In this document: positions 13,025-26,185 of the stretch, piece by piece
How positions within the stretch are numbered: position 1 is the first letter of the stretch
How the letters are laid out: every line of letters starts with the position of its first letter
From: Eledone cirrhosa
Lineage: Eukaryota
Assembly: GCA_964016885.1 (NCBI GenBank)
Contig: OZ024756.1
Coordinates: 2,418,001 to 2,482,000 of the forward strand
Direction: 5' to 3'
Length of the DNA stretch: 64,000 nucleotides
Made by a program: the position numbers and the translations under genes
The notes under the pieces: model-generated
The model's input: the letters and a program-made list of their open reading frames with translations, nothing else
Told to the model about the DNA's origin: nothing
Databases searched by the model: none

Positions 13025-13070
<46 letters not shown>
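12690..13070. repeat. Compound ~100-bp tandem repeat (TATTACATACATACATTTATAAATACACATACACAGACTC + CA/TA runs) x4
   Basis: Four copies of the same core visible. Confidence 0.85.
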
Positions 13071-13315
13071 CATCTTGTTTCTGTGCAAGATGGTATAGGA
13101 CAGAAGAAAGGAGGGACACAAAATAAAAACCCAGTCACTGAGTGTACCCCCGGCATTCGTTTTTCGCAGAATTTTCCTTAGAACCTCACTAATAATTGTT
13201 CGTGGAAAGCACCGCACATTCGCGGAATCGTAAATATCTTCCGCGATTTTTTATTGATTTTCTCGTACCAGTATGAATATATATATATTTAATGCTAAAT
13301 TATTAATAACAATAT

Positions 13316-13493
13316 ACCGTATTTGCTGACCTATGAGACGTCCCCTCGTATAAGACGCTCTCTCTTTTTTTAATTATATTTGACCCTATATTTTGACGTC
13401 TATGGGCATTTATATGGACCAAGTCCAATAATCGCAACTATTCACTCTTCGCAGGTCCTCATGGAACGTAAACCCCGCGGATACCGGGGGGAC

Positions 13494-13500
<7 letters not shown>
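13316..13500. mobile_element. Tc1/mariner-superfamily TIR remnants (Tc2-like 13316-13360; Tigger-like 13472-13498)
   Basis: TACCGTATTT...CGTATAAGACGC and CCCCGCGGATACCGGGGG resemble pogo/Tc2/Tigger termini recalled from memory. Confidence 0.4.
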
Positions 13501-13583
<83 letters not shown>

Positions 13584-13835
13584 AGGAAACAAGAAAACAA
13601 ACAAACAAGGTGATGTATTAGTTCCACGCTTAAAAGAGGTATGTATATATGTCCGTGTGTGTTTATCAAAGATTTGCTGGTGATTTCTTACGAACGAAAC
13701 ACTTCTAGAACTGTAGAAATAATGTCTATAAAAAAAAATAGGTCTATACTCTATTAACGTATTGAGTAACTTTCTTAACTGTGGTCACCCCTCCCCCTAC
13801 ATACATTAGGAACCCATATATGTATATACATATAT

Positions 13836-14030
13836 GGCTGAGTGGTTAGAGAATTGGATTCACAATCTTGAGGTTGTGGGTTCGAGTCCTGGACCGGTCG
13901 ATGCGTTATGTCCTTGAGCAAGACATTTTATTTCACGTTGGTCCTTCTACCTGGAGTTGCGACCGATAGATAGTACTAGCAACTGGAAAGACCGATGGAA
14001 ACATTGTTTCCTCGGTCCAATTTGACGAAA
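13836..14030 (+). mobile_element. tRNA-derived SINE with CORE-like domain
   Basis: A-box TGGCTGAGTGG, B-box GGTTCGAGTCC, GTCCTTGAGCAAGACA. Confidence 0.8.
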
Positions 14031-14061
14031 GTCGATCGATTTAAAAATATATATATATATA

Positions 14062-14633
<572 letters not shown>

Positions 14634-15724
14634 GAGTGTGTGTGTGCATCTTATACAAATCACTGAAGGGTAGATTACAGTAAAATACTCTTTTCATTGA
14701 GATGCCATGTATATTCATAACAATTCTAAGTATGAATAATAGTAAATACTGCTCCTAGATAATGGTGAACTTGACTGCTATTTCTAACGGTAATTTAGGC
14801 TTGTCACTTTGGCTGTTTATATAAATATATACTGGTTGATAGATAGACGCATGCGTGCAGTTTATCATTTTTAATTTTATTGCACCATGCTGGATCGATG
14901 GGAGATGACACAATGTCCCTCAACATGTGTCTTTATTAGTTCTTATACCTTACAGAAACCCTCTGATGAAGAATCGATTCTGGTAATGTTGGCCATATCA
15001 ATCTGTTGAAATGGTCTGATTTATTCTTCAGTTCAGAAAGTGCTATTACAATCAGGGATTTTTGATGAGGCTGCTTATATTTAGGTTGCTTGAATGTGAG
15101 TATATCCCTAGGGAATGATGCTTGTGTTCCCTTGAGTACTTTACTGTTATCTACCCTTCTGTGATTTCTTTACTATACTCTCTATATATTTACTTCTCTG
15201 AATAAGATCTTTCAACGATCTCTTTTGATTGCGATTTTATGTAAATTCACGACAATTTTAATTATGTATAATTAGCAGAAAAACCACCCTTCAGGTGGTT
15301 TTCTGTTAGCATGTGTAGTGTGTATATTGATATTAAACACAAGTATATATACATGTAGATATGATACATCAAATAAAATCGTATTTGACAATATACACAG
15401 AAATTGAACGAAGACTGCGTTACACTGTCTTATGTAATCAATAATATAATCCATGATACATGAAAAAAGAGGATATTATATATAAACTGCATTAGGAAAA
15501 AAAATTAGTGACGGAAATATATGAATATTTATTTAAGCGATCGGTAACCGGAAGTGATGACATTTGAATATTTTAAAGAAGTGAATCTTAAAATAACGAA
15601 ATTTAGTAGATAAATTATGTAATATTCATTCATTATTTATTCAAAATAATCCAACTTATTTTACAAACGGGATAAAAATATATATTCTGTATGTAATACC
15701 GTACTCCTTACTTTATTATAATTA

Positions 15725-15773
<49 letters not shown>

Positions 15774-15861
15774 AAATCTAAACAGAAATAACAACACAAT
15801 GGGACAGTATATGGAAGGTATATATTAGGTTAATGCTTGATATAGCAGGAAGATATATATA

Positions 15862-16478
15862 CTAGCAGTGGTACCCGGCGTTGCACGGGATAAGGTATTT
15901 TGGAACGCGGGCCGCCAACACAACTAATCATGGACAAACTGCATGCCTGGATAATATGTAAAGAAAAAAAATCGAATACTCTGATGGCTGGATAATCTTT
16001 AAGATTTTCCTCGATGAGGCAGGAAAAATGCAGGTTTTCACCTAATGCGGGGCCCTAGGGGATCAAGAAAATGAATTTTTTTATGTGCATAATATGCCTT
16101 GAAATTTTGGGAAAATCGGCTAGCCTCAAAAAGCCCTAAAAAGCTGATAAAATGAAGTTTTTCACCTAATGCGGGCCCTAGTCAATAAAAAGTTGGATTT
16201 TCTTTGCTCACGGTATGAAGAAGAGACTGACTAATACATAGTTACAATTTCAAGGAAATCGGTCTCACGTAACGCCTCAAAACGCCCCTAAAAAGCTGAA
16301 TCCCAGGGGATAAAAAAGTTGAATTTTTATGTGCATAACACTCCCTGAAACATAAGTAATACACATGTAAAGTTTGAAAAAAATCGGTTGGGTACTTCTC
16401 GAGATTTAGGGATTCAAACTCACAGACACACACACACACGCGCGCACACACAGACATCCTCAGTTTTATATATATAGA
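15862..16478 (-). mobile_element. Non-autonomous Helitron
   Basis: Minus 5' TCTATATATATAAAA; 3' hairpin CCCGTGCAACGCCGGG, 8 nt, CTAG followed by T. Confidence 0.8.
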
Positions 16479-16558
16479 CTAGCAGAAAACCGCCCACCGT
16501 GTGGTTTTCTGCTAGTATATATATATATATTACACACACAGAAATGTATATATATTTC

Positions 16559-16627
<69 letters not shown>

Positions 16628-16653
16628 CACACACAGAAATGTATATATATTTC

Positions 16654-16684
<31 letters not shown>

Positions 16685-17096
16685 TACACACACAGAAATG
16701 TATATATATTTCTGTGTGTATATATATATATTTCTGTGTGTGTATATATATATTACACACACACAGAAATGTATATACGTTTCTGTAGCACTCCTCAATT
16801 CCCCCCTCTCTTCCTCCCGCTATCCCCCTCTTGTAGTCTGTCTCTTTCTTTCACTCTCACTCTCTCTCTACGCGTGCGCAAAAAACATTCGTACGCGCGC
16901 ACGTGTTTTAGCGTCTATTCACTCTCTCTCTCTCCCTCTCTCCCCCCGCTATCCCCCTCTCGTAGTCTGTCTCTTTCTTTCACTCTCACTCTCTCTTTAC
17001 GCGTGCGCAAAAATATTCGCACGCGCGCACGTGTTTCCACTGTCGGACAGACAGACAGACAAATAGAGAAATTGGTGGTTATATATTATAAGGAGA
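16479..17096 (-). mobile_element. Second non-autonomous Helitron, head-to-tail with the first
   Basis: Minus A|TCTCCTTATAATATATAA followed by (CTGT)n; 3' palindrome ending in CTAG abutting the TC of the next element. Confidence 0.7.
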
Positions 17097-17205
17097 TATA
17101 TATATGACCTTACCTCAAGGGCCGTCATTCTGTTCCGAGGAAATGTGAAAAACTTGATACTATTTTAAAGCATGTACTCTCCCTCTCTCTTTCTCCCCCT
17201 CCCCC

Positions 17206-17249
<44 letters not shown>

Positions 17250-17250
<1 letters not shown>

Positions 17251-17704
17251 ATATTAAATAAATGGAAATTATATTTATAAAACCATATTTATTTCATTAT
17301 ATATATTTCAGGGATATCATATTAACAATATGTTATGCCTTCTTCAGACAAAATACAATATAGACAGTCTTATAAATAAATAGATTCGACATACCTTTCA
17401 ACATCGACTTGCATTTGAAAAGTTGATTTGGCCTGCCAAATCAACTTTTCAAATGCAAGTCGATGTTGAAAGGTATGTCGAATCTATTTATTTATAAGAC
17501 TGTCTATATTGTATTTTGTCTGAAGAAGGCATAACATATTGTTAATATGATATCCCTGAAATATATATAATGAAATAAATATGGTTTTATAAATATAATT
17601 TCCATTTATTTAATATCGTAAATATACTCCAAATACTTGTTGAGTGCTTTTATATCAGTTATAAATATTTACTCGTTGTAACCCAACAATTTAAATATAA
17701 CTTT

Positions 17705-17705
<1 letters not shown>
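17250..17705. mobile_element. Near-perfect fold-back of the PLE pLTR (arms ~183 bp) with two HHRs (17290-17355 minus, 17512-17577 plus) and tail
   Basis: tattttgt CTGAAGA aggcata..tatccct GAAA tatata TA atgaaata; centre 17433; highly similar to 28550-28821. Confidence 0.9.
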
Positions 17706-17736
<31 letters not shown>

Positions 17737-17738
<2 letters not shown>

Positions 17739-17954
17739 TAATAATAATAAATTTGAAGACTAAAATCCAAAGAGGGCTCGATAAGGATAAATATATATCA
17801 AATATATAAGAACCGTAGAGCAAATATTTATTAAAATAACAGATTAAAGTTTAAGCAAAGAATCGCTGCTTTCACCCTTAACGGGATCTTCAGAAGATCC
17901 CGTTAAGGGTGAAAGCAGCGATTCTTTGCTTAAACTTTAATCTGTTATTTTAAT
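17737..17954 (-). mobile_element. Fold-back element (family of 10592), tail on the left
   Basis: Palindrome 17829-17955 centred on TCTTC A GAAGA. Confidence 0.85.
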
Positions 17955-17992
17955 ATATATATATGGTGGTAGTGGTCTTATCTAACAACTAA

Positions 17993-18172
17993 CAATTGTT
18001 TCTACTTTAGGCACAAGGCCAGCAATTATTCAGTGCATCACTGGTACTTTATTTTATCGACCCCGTAAGGATGAAAGGCAAAGTTAACCTCGGCGGGATT
18101 TGAACTCAGATCGTAAAGGCAAATAACTCCATGCTGCAAAGCATGGCGTCCAACCCTCTAACGATACTGCCA
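17993..18172 (-). mobile_element. tRNA-derived SINE
   Basis: Reverse complement of the 2612 family, near full length. Confidence 0.85.
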
Positions 18173-18548
18173 ATCAACCAATGGTGATCAGGTTGCTGTT
18201 AGGTAGAAATATCGTGTAGAATAACAATAGTCTAATAAAGGTAAGAAACCTTAGCTTCGTTTTGATAAAACCAACAGGAGGCGGGAATCAACTTCCGGAT
18301 ATGACGTCATTGAAAGTTTCCCGGATGTTAGATATCTATTCAGCAACTACCCAATATGGAGCATTTCCTAAATAAACATTGTAGGGAGACATCACTAAAC
18401 TGTCACTATTTGTTTTACTAGAAATAGCAACCAAATCTCCCTCAAATCTTACCTTCGAGTCTTTAAAACGAAGTCGTTATAGAATGTTGTTCATAGGCTG
18501 ACTAAGATACTCTCATGGAATAACTGAGTGGGGTTTATTTTTCTATAT

Positions 18549-19396
18549 AGTGATGGTAGTGATGTTGGTGGTGATGATGGTGATGGTGGTGGTGTTGGTG
18601 GTGATGGTGATGGTGGTGGTGATGTTGGTGGTGATGGTGGTGATGATGGTGGTGGTGATGACGGTGATGGTGATGGTGGTGGTGATGGTGGTGATGATGG
18701 TGGTGATGATGGTGATGATGGTGATGTTGGTGGTGATGACGGTGATGGTGATGGTGGTGGTGATGTTGGTGATGGTGGTGGTGATGATGGTGGTGGTGAT
18801 GGTGGTGATGGTGATGTTGGTGGTGATGATGGTGATGGTGGTGGTAGGGGTGGTGATGTTGGTGATGGTGATGGTGGTGGTGATGTTGGTGATGGCGATG
18901 GTAGGGGTGGTGATGATCGTGATGGTGATGGTAGGGGTGGTGGTGATGGTGATGTTGGTGGTGATGATGGTGATGGTGGTGGTAGGGTGATGGTAGGGGT
19001 GGTGATGATGGTGATGGTGATGGTGGTGGTGTTGGTGGTGATGGTGATGTTGGTGGTGATGTTGGTGATGGTGGTGGTGACGGTAGGGGTGGTGATGTTG
19101 GTGATGGTGGTGGTGATGTTGGTGATGGTAGGGGTGGTGGTGATGGTAGGGGTGGTGATGGTAGGGGTGGTGGTGATGGTAGGGGTGGTGGTGATGTTGG
19201 TGATGGTGATGGTAGGGGTGGTGGTGATGGTGATGGTAGGGGTGGTGGTGATGGTAGGGGTGATGATGGTAGGGGTGGTGGTGATGATGGTAGGGGTGGT
19301 GATGATGATGGTAGGGCTGCCTTTGATGCTGATAATGACGATAGTGGTAGATGTGGTGATGGTAGTAGCAGTAGTAGTAGTAGTAGTAGTAGTAGC

Positions 19397-19450
<54 letters not shown>

Positions 19451-19665
19451 AGTAGTTGTAGCAGTAGTAGTAGCAGCAGTAGTAGTAGTAGTAGTAGTAG
19501 CAGTAGTAGTAGTAGTAGTAGTAGTAGTAGCAGCAGTAGTAGAAGTAGTAGTTGTAGTAGTAGTAGTAGTAGTAGCCTCCACCACCACCACTACTACTAC
19601 CACTACCACTACTACTATTACTACTATAACTACTACTCCTACCACTACTACTACTACTACTACTA
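18549..19665. repeat. Trinucleotide tracts: (GGT/GAT)n, (GTA)n, then inverted (CAC/TAC)n
   Basis: Direct reading; explains the G/D/V/T/P low-complexity ORFs. Confidence 0.95.
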
Positions 19666-19747
19666 AATATGTCGATGTGTGTCTGGTTGTCGATGACGGA
19701 TGTTATTAATAAGCCATCTTACATATAAGACATCCATTTCTGTCTTT

Positions 19748-20347
19748 TGTCTGTCAACTTATTGTCATCTCTCTGTCAACTTATTGTCATCTCTCTGTCA
19801 ACTTATTGTCATCAGTCTGTCAACTTATTTTCATCTCTCTGTCAACTTATTGTCATCTCTCTGTCAACTTATTGTCATCTCTCTGTCAAGATATTGTCAT
19901 CTCTGTCAACTTATTGTCATCTCTCTGTCAACTTATTGTCATCTCTCTGTCAACTTATTGTCATCTCTCTGTCAACTTATAGTCATCTCTCTGTCAACTT
20001 ATTGTCATCTCTCTGTCAACTTATTGTCATCTCTCTGTCAACTTATTGTCATCTCTCTGTCAACTTATTGTCAGCTCTCTGTCAACTTATTGTCATCTCT
20101 CTGTCAACTTATAGTCATCTCTCTGTCAACTTATAGTCATCGCTCTGTCAACTTATTGTCATCTCTCTGTCAACTTATTGTCAGCTCTCTGTCAACTTAT
20201 TGTCATCTCTCTGTCAACTTATAGTCATCTCTCTGTCAACTTATTGTCATCTCTCTGTCAACTTATCGTCATCTCTCTGTCAACTTATTGTCATCTCTCT
20301 GTCAACTTATTGTCATCTCTCTGTCAACTTATTGTCATCTCTCTGTC
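19748..20347. repeat. 22-bp minisatellite CTCTCTGTCAACTTATTGTCAT, ~27 copies
   Basis: Homogeneous tandem array without spacers. Confidence 0.95.
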
Positions 20348-20477
20348 CCTCCCTGTTTGGTCAACTTTCAAAAAACAACCCCGGTCGCGCGAATTTCCAG
20401 TAGCTTTTATTTACATTGATCTTACAGAAACATTTATCCCCCTCTCTCTATTTATACTTACATATACACACATATAC

Positions 20478-20562
<85 letters not shown>

Positions 20563-20631
20563 TATGAAGAGAGAAGAAACATTTAGATATAATTAGTAAT
20601 AAAATGTATCATACCTAAACTGCTCCTAGAT

Positions 20632-20721
20632 TCCTCGACTACGTAGTTTCGTGGCATAAACAAAAACAATACATCATAAAGATATAGAGTCCCTGCGAGG
20701 TCTGCCGACTTATCAAGAGGA
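20632..20721 (-). ncRNA. Type I hammerhead ribozyme, U3-A8 core variant (inverted copy)
   Basis: Reverse complement of 21240-21329. Confidence 0.85.
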
Positions 20722-21239
20722 TACCTCATTTTACTAGTCTCAAGAACGCGTCTACACGACGTGAGAAAGAATCCCAAAAGGCGGAGGGGGAGATAGTCAC
20801 GCGATATAACGGTCGAGAAACAGAGCTAAACCTCTTATAACCCCGAAGAAAATACCAATGAGGCGGAGGGGGTATTTATATCGAAGCCGTAGAAGAGGTG
20901 GTGAAGGTGGCGAGAAGTATGTGTAATGGAAGCTTTCCAGCAGTCCCCACACTTCAAAGATTGCTCGACCAGAGGGAGTTATTAACAATATATTTAGAAA
21001 CACACAGATACATGCGGACACACACATATACATGAATGCATCCGCACCCGCCTCCTTCACCACCTCTTCTACGGCTTCGATATAAATACCCCCTCCGCCT
21101 CAGTGGTATTTTCTTCGGGGTTATAAGAGGTTTAGCTCTGTTTCTCGACCGTTATATCGCGTGACTATGTCCCCCTCCGCCTTTTGGGATTCTTTCTCAC
21201 GTCGTGTAGACGCGTTCTTGAGACTAGTAAAATGAGGTA

Positions 21240-21329
21240 TCCTCTTGATAAGTCGGCAGACCTCGCAGGGACTCTATATCTTTATGATGTATTGTTTTTG
21301 TTTATGCCACGAAACTACGTAGTCGAGGA
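21240..21329 (+). ncRNA. Type I hammerhead ribozyme, U3-A8 core variant
   Basis: tcctc TTGATAA gt(c)ggca...tgccac GAAA cta-cg-tag TC gagga. Confidence 0.85.
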
Positions 21330-21549
21330 ATCTAGGTATGATACATTTTATTACTAATTATATCTAAATGTTTCTTCTTTCTTCATAATGTATTTTTAAC
21401 TCTGATACTGGTTCAGTCTGGTTCAACCGGATTGGTCTGTCCCAGTCATTCATTGAGCAACATCGGTGAAGTTGGCACCGTTAACTCACGGTTGGGTGCG
21501 GATGCATTCATGTATATGTGTGTGTCCGCATGTATCTGTGTGTTTCTAA

Positions 21550-21591
<42 letters not shown>

Positions 21592-21673
21592 GAGACACAT
21601 ACACTTACATACGTACATATAAGTATATATATATATTTATATATATATATATTTATATATATATATATATATA

Positions 21674-22072
21674 TACGATATTAATAAATGGAAACTATAT
21701 TTATAAAACCATATTTATTTCATTATACATATTTCAGGGATACCAAATTAAATTATGGTATGCCTTCATCAGACAAAATACAATATATCAGTTTTACTGC
21801 TATCCAGATGGCTTCCAAAAATAATGGTCGCACTTTAAAAGGGTACGTCAAAGGTTATTTGTAAAACTATTATATATTGTATTTTGTCTGATGAAGGCAT
21901 ACCATAATTTAATTTGGTATCCCTGAAATATGTATAATGAAATAAACATGGTTTCAAAAATATAGTTTCCATTTATTAATATCGTATATCTACTCCAAAT
22001 ACTTGTCGAGTGCTTTATATCAGTTATAAAAATATTTACTTGTTGTATCCCAACAATTTTGAATAGAACTTT

Positions 22073-22075
<3 letters not shown>
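21674..22075. mobile_element. Fold-back pLTR of a PLE subfamily with HHRs at 21716-21780 (minus) and 21880-21944 (plus)
   Basis: tattttgt CTGATGA aggcata..tatccct GAAA tatgta TA atgaaata; tail as in 28736-28821. Confidence 0.88.
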
Positions 22076-22136
<61 letters not shown>

Positions 22137-22186
22137 TAATGAAATGACAGGAGGCTGGATTTGTGTAAATCCTTGAAAGGTTTATT

Positions 22187-22244
22187 ATACTATGATCATT
22201 TCAATGACCGGGTTCCGTATGAATCCGGTGATATCTTCAGGTAT
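22187..22244 (-). ncRNA. Type I hammerhead ribozyme
   Basis: Minus: atac CTGAAGA tatcaccgg..ccggtcatt GAAA t-gatc-a TA gtat, followed by AATAAA. Confidence 0.75.
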
Positions 22245-22365
22245 TCTAAATATAATAAGTGAATGTAATAGATAAAATCCATGGAGCTGAAAATCAAAGA
22301 CCCGAGGGCGACCGCCATCGACCATACGGAATTGACCAGCTCCATCCAGTGGTGAACCTCAAACC

Positions 22366-22454
<89 letters not shown>

Positions 22455-22561
22455 ACATATATATATATATACATAAAAACATTAGTCCTTCATCAGTGAT
22501 GAAGGGCTAATTTTTTTCATATGTAACCCATGTGCAACCACGCAGCACTCAATTCTTCTCA

Positions 22562-22590
<29 letters not shown>

Positions 22591-22592
<2 letters not shown>

Positions 22593-22690
22593 GAAAGACG
22601 TAAAATAAGAAAATTTTAAAAATTAAAAATTAACTTTAGTAAGTAAGTTAATTTTTAATTTTTAAAATTTTCTTATTTTACGTCTTTCAT
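22591..22690. repeat. AT-rich palindrome (45-bp arms) with 3' tail to ~22800
   Basis: ATGAAAGACGTAAAATAAG... / ...CTTATTTTACGTCTTTCAT. Confidence 0.85.
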
Positions 22691-22799
22691 ATAATTGTTC
22701 TGCACCTCCCTGCATTGAACCACCTAAGTGCTATGACATAACTTATATATTTGCTAGCATTAGTGTACATCTGTACGCATATGTTGGTAGATGTACTAA

Positions 22800-22891
<92 letters not shown>

Positions 22892-23101
22892 GTGGTTAAA
22901 ATACCTAACAAGCTTCAATGACCAGCGTGTATATTATTTTATATTTTATGATGACCTACCCTTTCCCTTTTGGGGACAGTGTGAATTTTCTTTTTGAAGG
23001 ACTACTGGGCTTTTCAAACTTAGCTGTCCTTCTAGCACTGACGGAGACCATCACTAATTATTAATATCGATGTAGTTTTTTACATCGATATTGCATTGGC
23101 A

Positions 23102-23224
23102 TCCACTGATGAGTTATAAGGGCTCACTTGTGTGTATATCTATAGATTATATACAAGTTTCTACATAACCTGGACATTATTTATCCAAACTTGTAGAAAT
23201 CTTATAACGAAACGATCGTATGGA
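23102..23224 (+). ncRNA. Type I hammerhead ribozyme with multibranched stem II
   Basis: tcca CTGATGA gttataag...cttataac GAAA c-gatc-g TA tgga; all stems perfect. Confidence 0.9.
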
Positions 23225-23263
23225 AGGAAAGAGAGATTTATTTAATTATGTCTCATATAAAAT

Positions 23264-23443
23264 AATTGTTTCTACTTTTTGGCACAAGGCCAGCAATTAC
23301 CCAGTGCATTACTGGTACTTTATTTTATCAACCCCGTAAGGATGAAAGGCAAAGTTAACCTCGGTGGGATTCGAACTCAGAATGGCAAGGGCCGTAACTC
23401 TGTGCGTCAAAGCATAGCGTCCAACCCTCTACCGATACTACCA
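23264..23443 (-). mobile_element. tRNA-derived SINE
   Basis: Family core on the minus strand. Confidence 0.85.
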
Positions 23444-23584
23444 AATACAACCTGCTATCCACGGAATACTGTATAGTTAGCACCCCAAACACTAAATTGG
23501 GATTATACTTAGGTATATCCCAATGTTTGTTGAGTGAGATGGAGTTGGTCAGAGTATCGCTTAAGGCTTTCTCTGTTAATGTAT

Positions 23585-23654
<70 letters not shown>

Positions 23655-23757
23655 TAACAGATTAAAGTTTAAGCAAAGAATCGCAGATATATATTTATCC
23701 ATATCGAGCCCTCTTTGGATTTTAGTCTGCTAATTTATTATTATTACTATATATATA

Positions 23758-24390
<633 letters not shown>

Positions 24391-24710
24391 TATTACTATA
24401 TATATATATATATATAGTAGGATAAGTGTTTCAAACTTTATTTTATCATGAGTTAAAGGTCTATAGATTTTTCCCTGGATTTTACTAAATTCTGTGGATG
24501 AATTTATATCCTGATTCTCTTTTGAGATGAGTTTGAGTTATTTTTCCTAAATCTTTCGTTAACTACTTTTCCCATCTTGACGTTATAGTCGCATATATGT
24601 TATAGAATGCTGTTAGCTTCTCGCTAAAACAATCTCTATACCTCTCATTTATATATATATATATATATACAATATTAAATAAATGGAAACTATATTTATA
24701 AAACCATATT

Positions 24711-24776
24711 TATTTCATTATATATATTTCAGGGATATCATATTAACAATATGCTATGCCTTCCTCAGACAAAATA
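24711..24776 (-). ncRNA. Type I hammerhead ribozyme in the 3' pLTR
   Basis: Reverse complement of 28627-28692. Confidence 0.88.
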
Positions 24777-26185
24777 CAATATAAACAGTTTTATAGATAA
24801 ATAGATTCGACATACCGTAACAACATCGACTTGCATTTGAAAAGGTTGATTTGGTAGTGAAAAAATTGTACACAGAGAGAAAGAAAGAGAGAAAAAAGGA
24901 AAGAAAGACAGAAAACGAAGAAAAAGAAGAAAAAGAAGAAATGCATGTAACAAAATAGAGAGATGGAAAGATAGATAAAGAGAAGAACTTCATGTAAAGA
25001 AACAGAAAGAGATATATATATAGAGAGAGAGAGGAAATAGAGATAGATACATATATATATAGAAAACTAGGTAGTGGGACGTCTGTTGAATAACGTATCA
25101 ATGATACATTTATTTATTTATTTATTTATTTAGCTCTAGTATTAATGTAAGGGAGATATATGGAGAGAAACCAGCTGTTATATATAGAGAGAGAAAATTT
25201 AGAGAGAGAAAAAAATATAGAGAGAGAAAAAAATTTCAAAATAACCAGACACAGGCGAGGCGTAAAAAACCTCTGTTTTAATGTAGAGGTATTAGTATTT
25301 ACAAAACCAGCCACTACATTGTAAATATCAGTATTCCTGAATGAGACATGTATCCACAATGTGTGAAAATTAATGATCTTATGTTTAGTTTTTAAAAAAA
25401 ATTCATATGTTTATGTGATAATTACAAACATCTATGTGAATCTACATGATCAACTGTGCAAACCCTAGGTTCACGGAAAACATTCTCAATGTGGTATAAA
25501 AATTTAAGTATACATATATGTGTATATATATACACACAAATATATATAGAGTCAATATTACTATTTCTGTCTCTACTCTACAAGATTATCTATCAAGCAA
25601 AAATAGAGCAGATTTCAATATACTAATAAAAATAAAAATAAAAATATATCAGAAACAAAACTAAAAATAACAATAATAATAATAAGTAATAATAAAATAG
25701 AAAACTAAAAAATATAAAACTAAAAAATATTACGAAAGAATATTACATATTAAAAATATTACATATTAAAAAATTTACTTATTAAAAATATTAAAAATAA
25801 AAATATTAGGAAATACTACAATAATAAAAATAAAATAAACCACAAAGATCAACCCTTCAAAATTAATTGACAATATATTGCCAAGTTCATTAAAAACATC
25901 AGAGTCGAAAAACAGATAAAGCCAAAAATTATCTATCAAATCGCATCTAGCAAAGATCATTTCAAAAAGTTTAGGATGCCCAATTTGGTCTACATGTGTT
26001 CTTATATTTAATATAGAAGTTTATCTAGTGTAACGTTTATTCGAAATATTTGGAGCATCACCTTTAGGGTAGCTTAATTTTTCATGAAGAATGTTTAAAT
26101 AAAAATAAAAATAAAATAAAAATAAAAAGAGAATCAAAGATTTATCGGCTAGTTTCCCATATAATTATAAATCAAACTAAATATA

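Larger units (their letters stand above)
20559..21557. mobile_element. Non-coding PLE-type / retrozyme-like element: ~350-bp inverted arms, U3-A8 HHR in each arm, circularly permuted tail
   Basis: Arms 20559-20912 / 21049-21391; spacer 20987-21049 is the reverse complement of tail 21494-21557. Confidence 0.85.

Noticed and set aside
13836-13910. tRNA gene (also 31790, 45590, 46680, 48780)
   Set aside because: A/B boxes are followed by SINE body; no intact cloverleaf or T-run terminator
14955-15060. Possible hammerhead (ccct CTGATGA ... GAAA ... TC aggga) inside an inverted-repeat element
   Set aside because: Stems II and III cannot be built adjacent to the core
18290-18312. ETS/CRE-like promoter motifs (also YY1-like 8629-8640, ETS 15548 and 48073)
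   Set aside because: Isolated short motifs with no linked gene; expected by chance or within TE remnants
18491-19709. Gly/Asp/Val- and Thr/Pro-rich mucin- or extensin-like ORFs
   Set aside because: Trinucleotide microsatellite open on both strands, with no unique domain or splice evidence
19748-20347. CRISPR-like regular repeats (also 48950-49760 and 50340-50755)
   Set aside because: Head-to-tail tandem units without unique spacers, no cas genes, eukaryotic context
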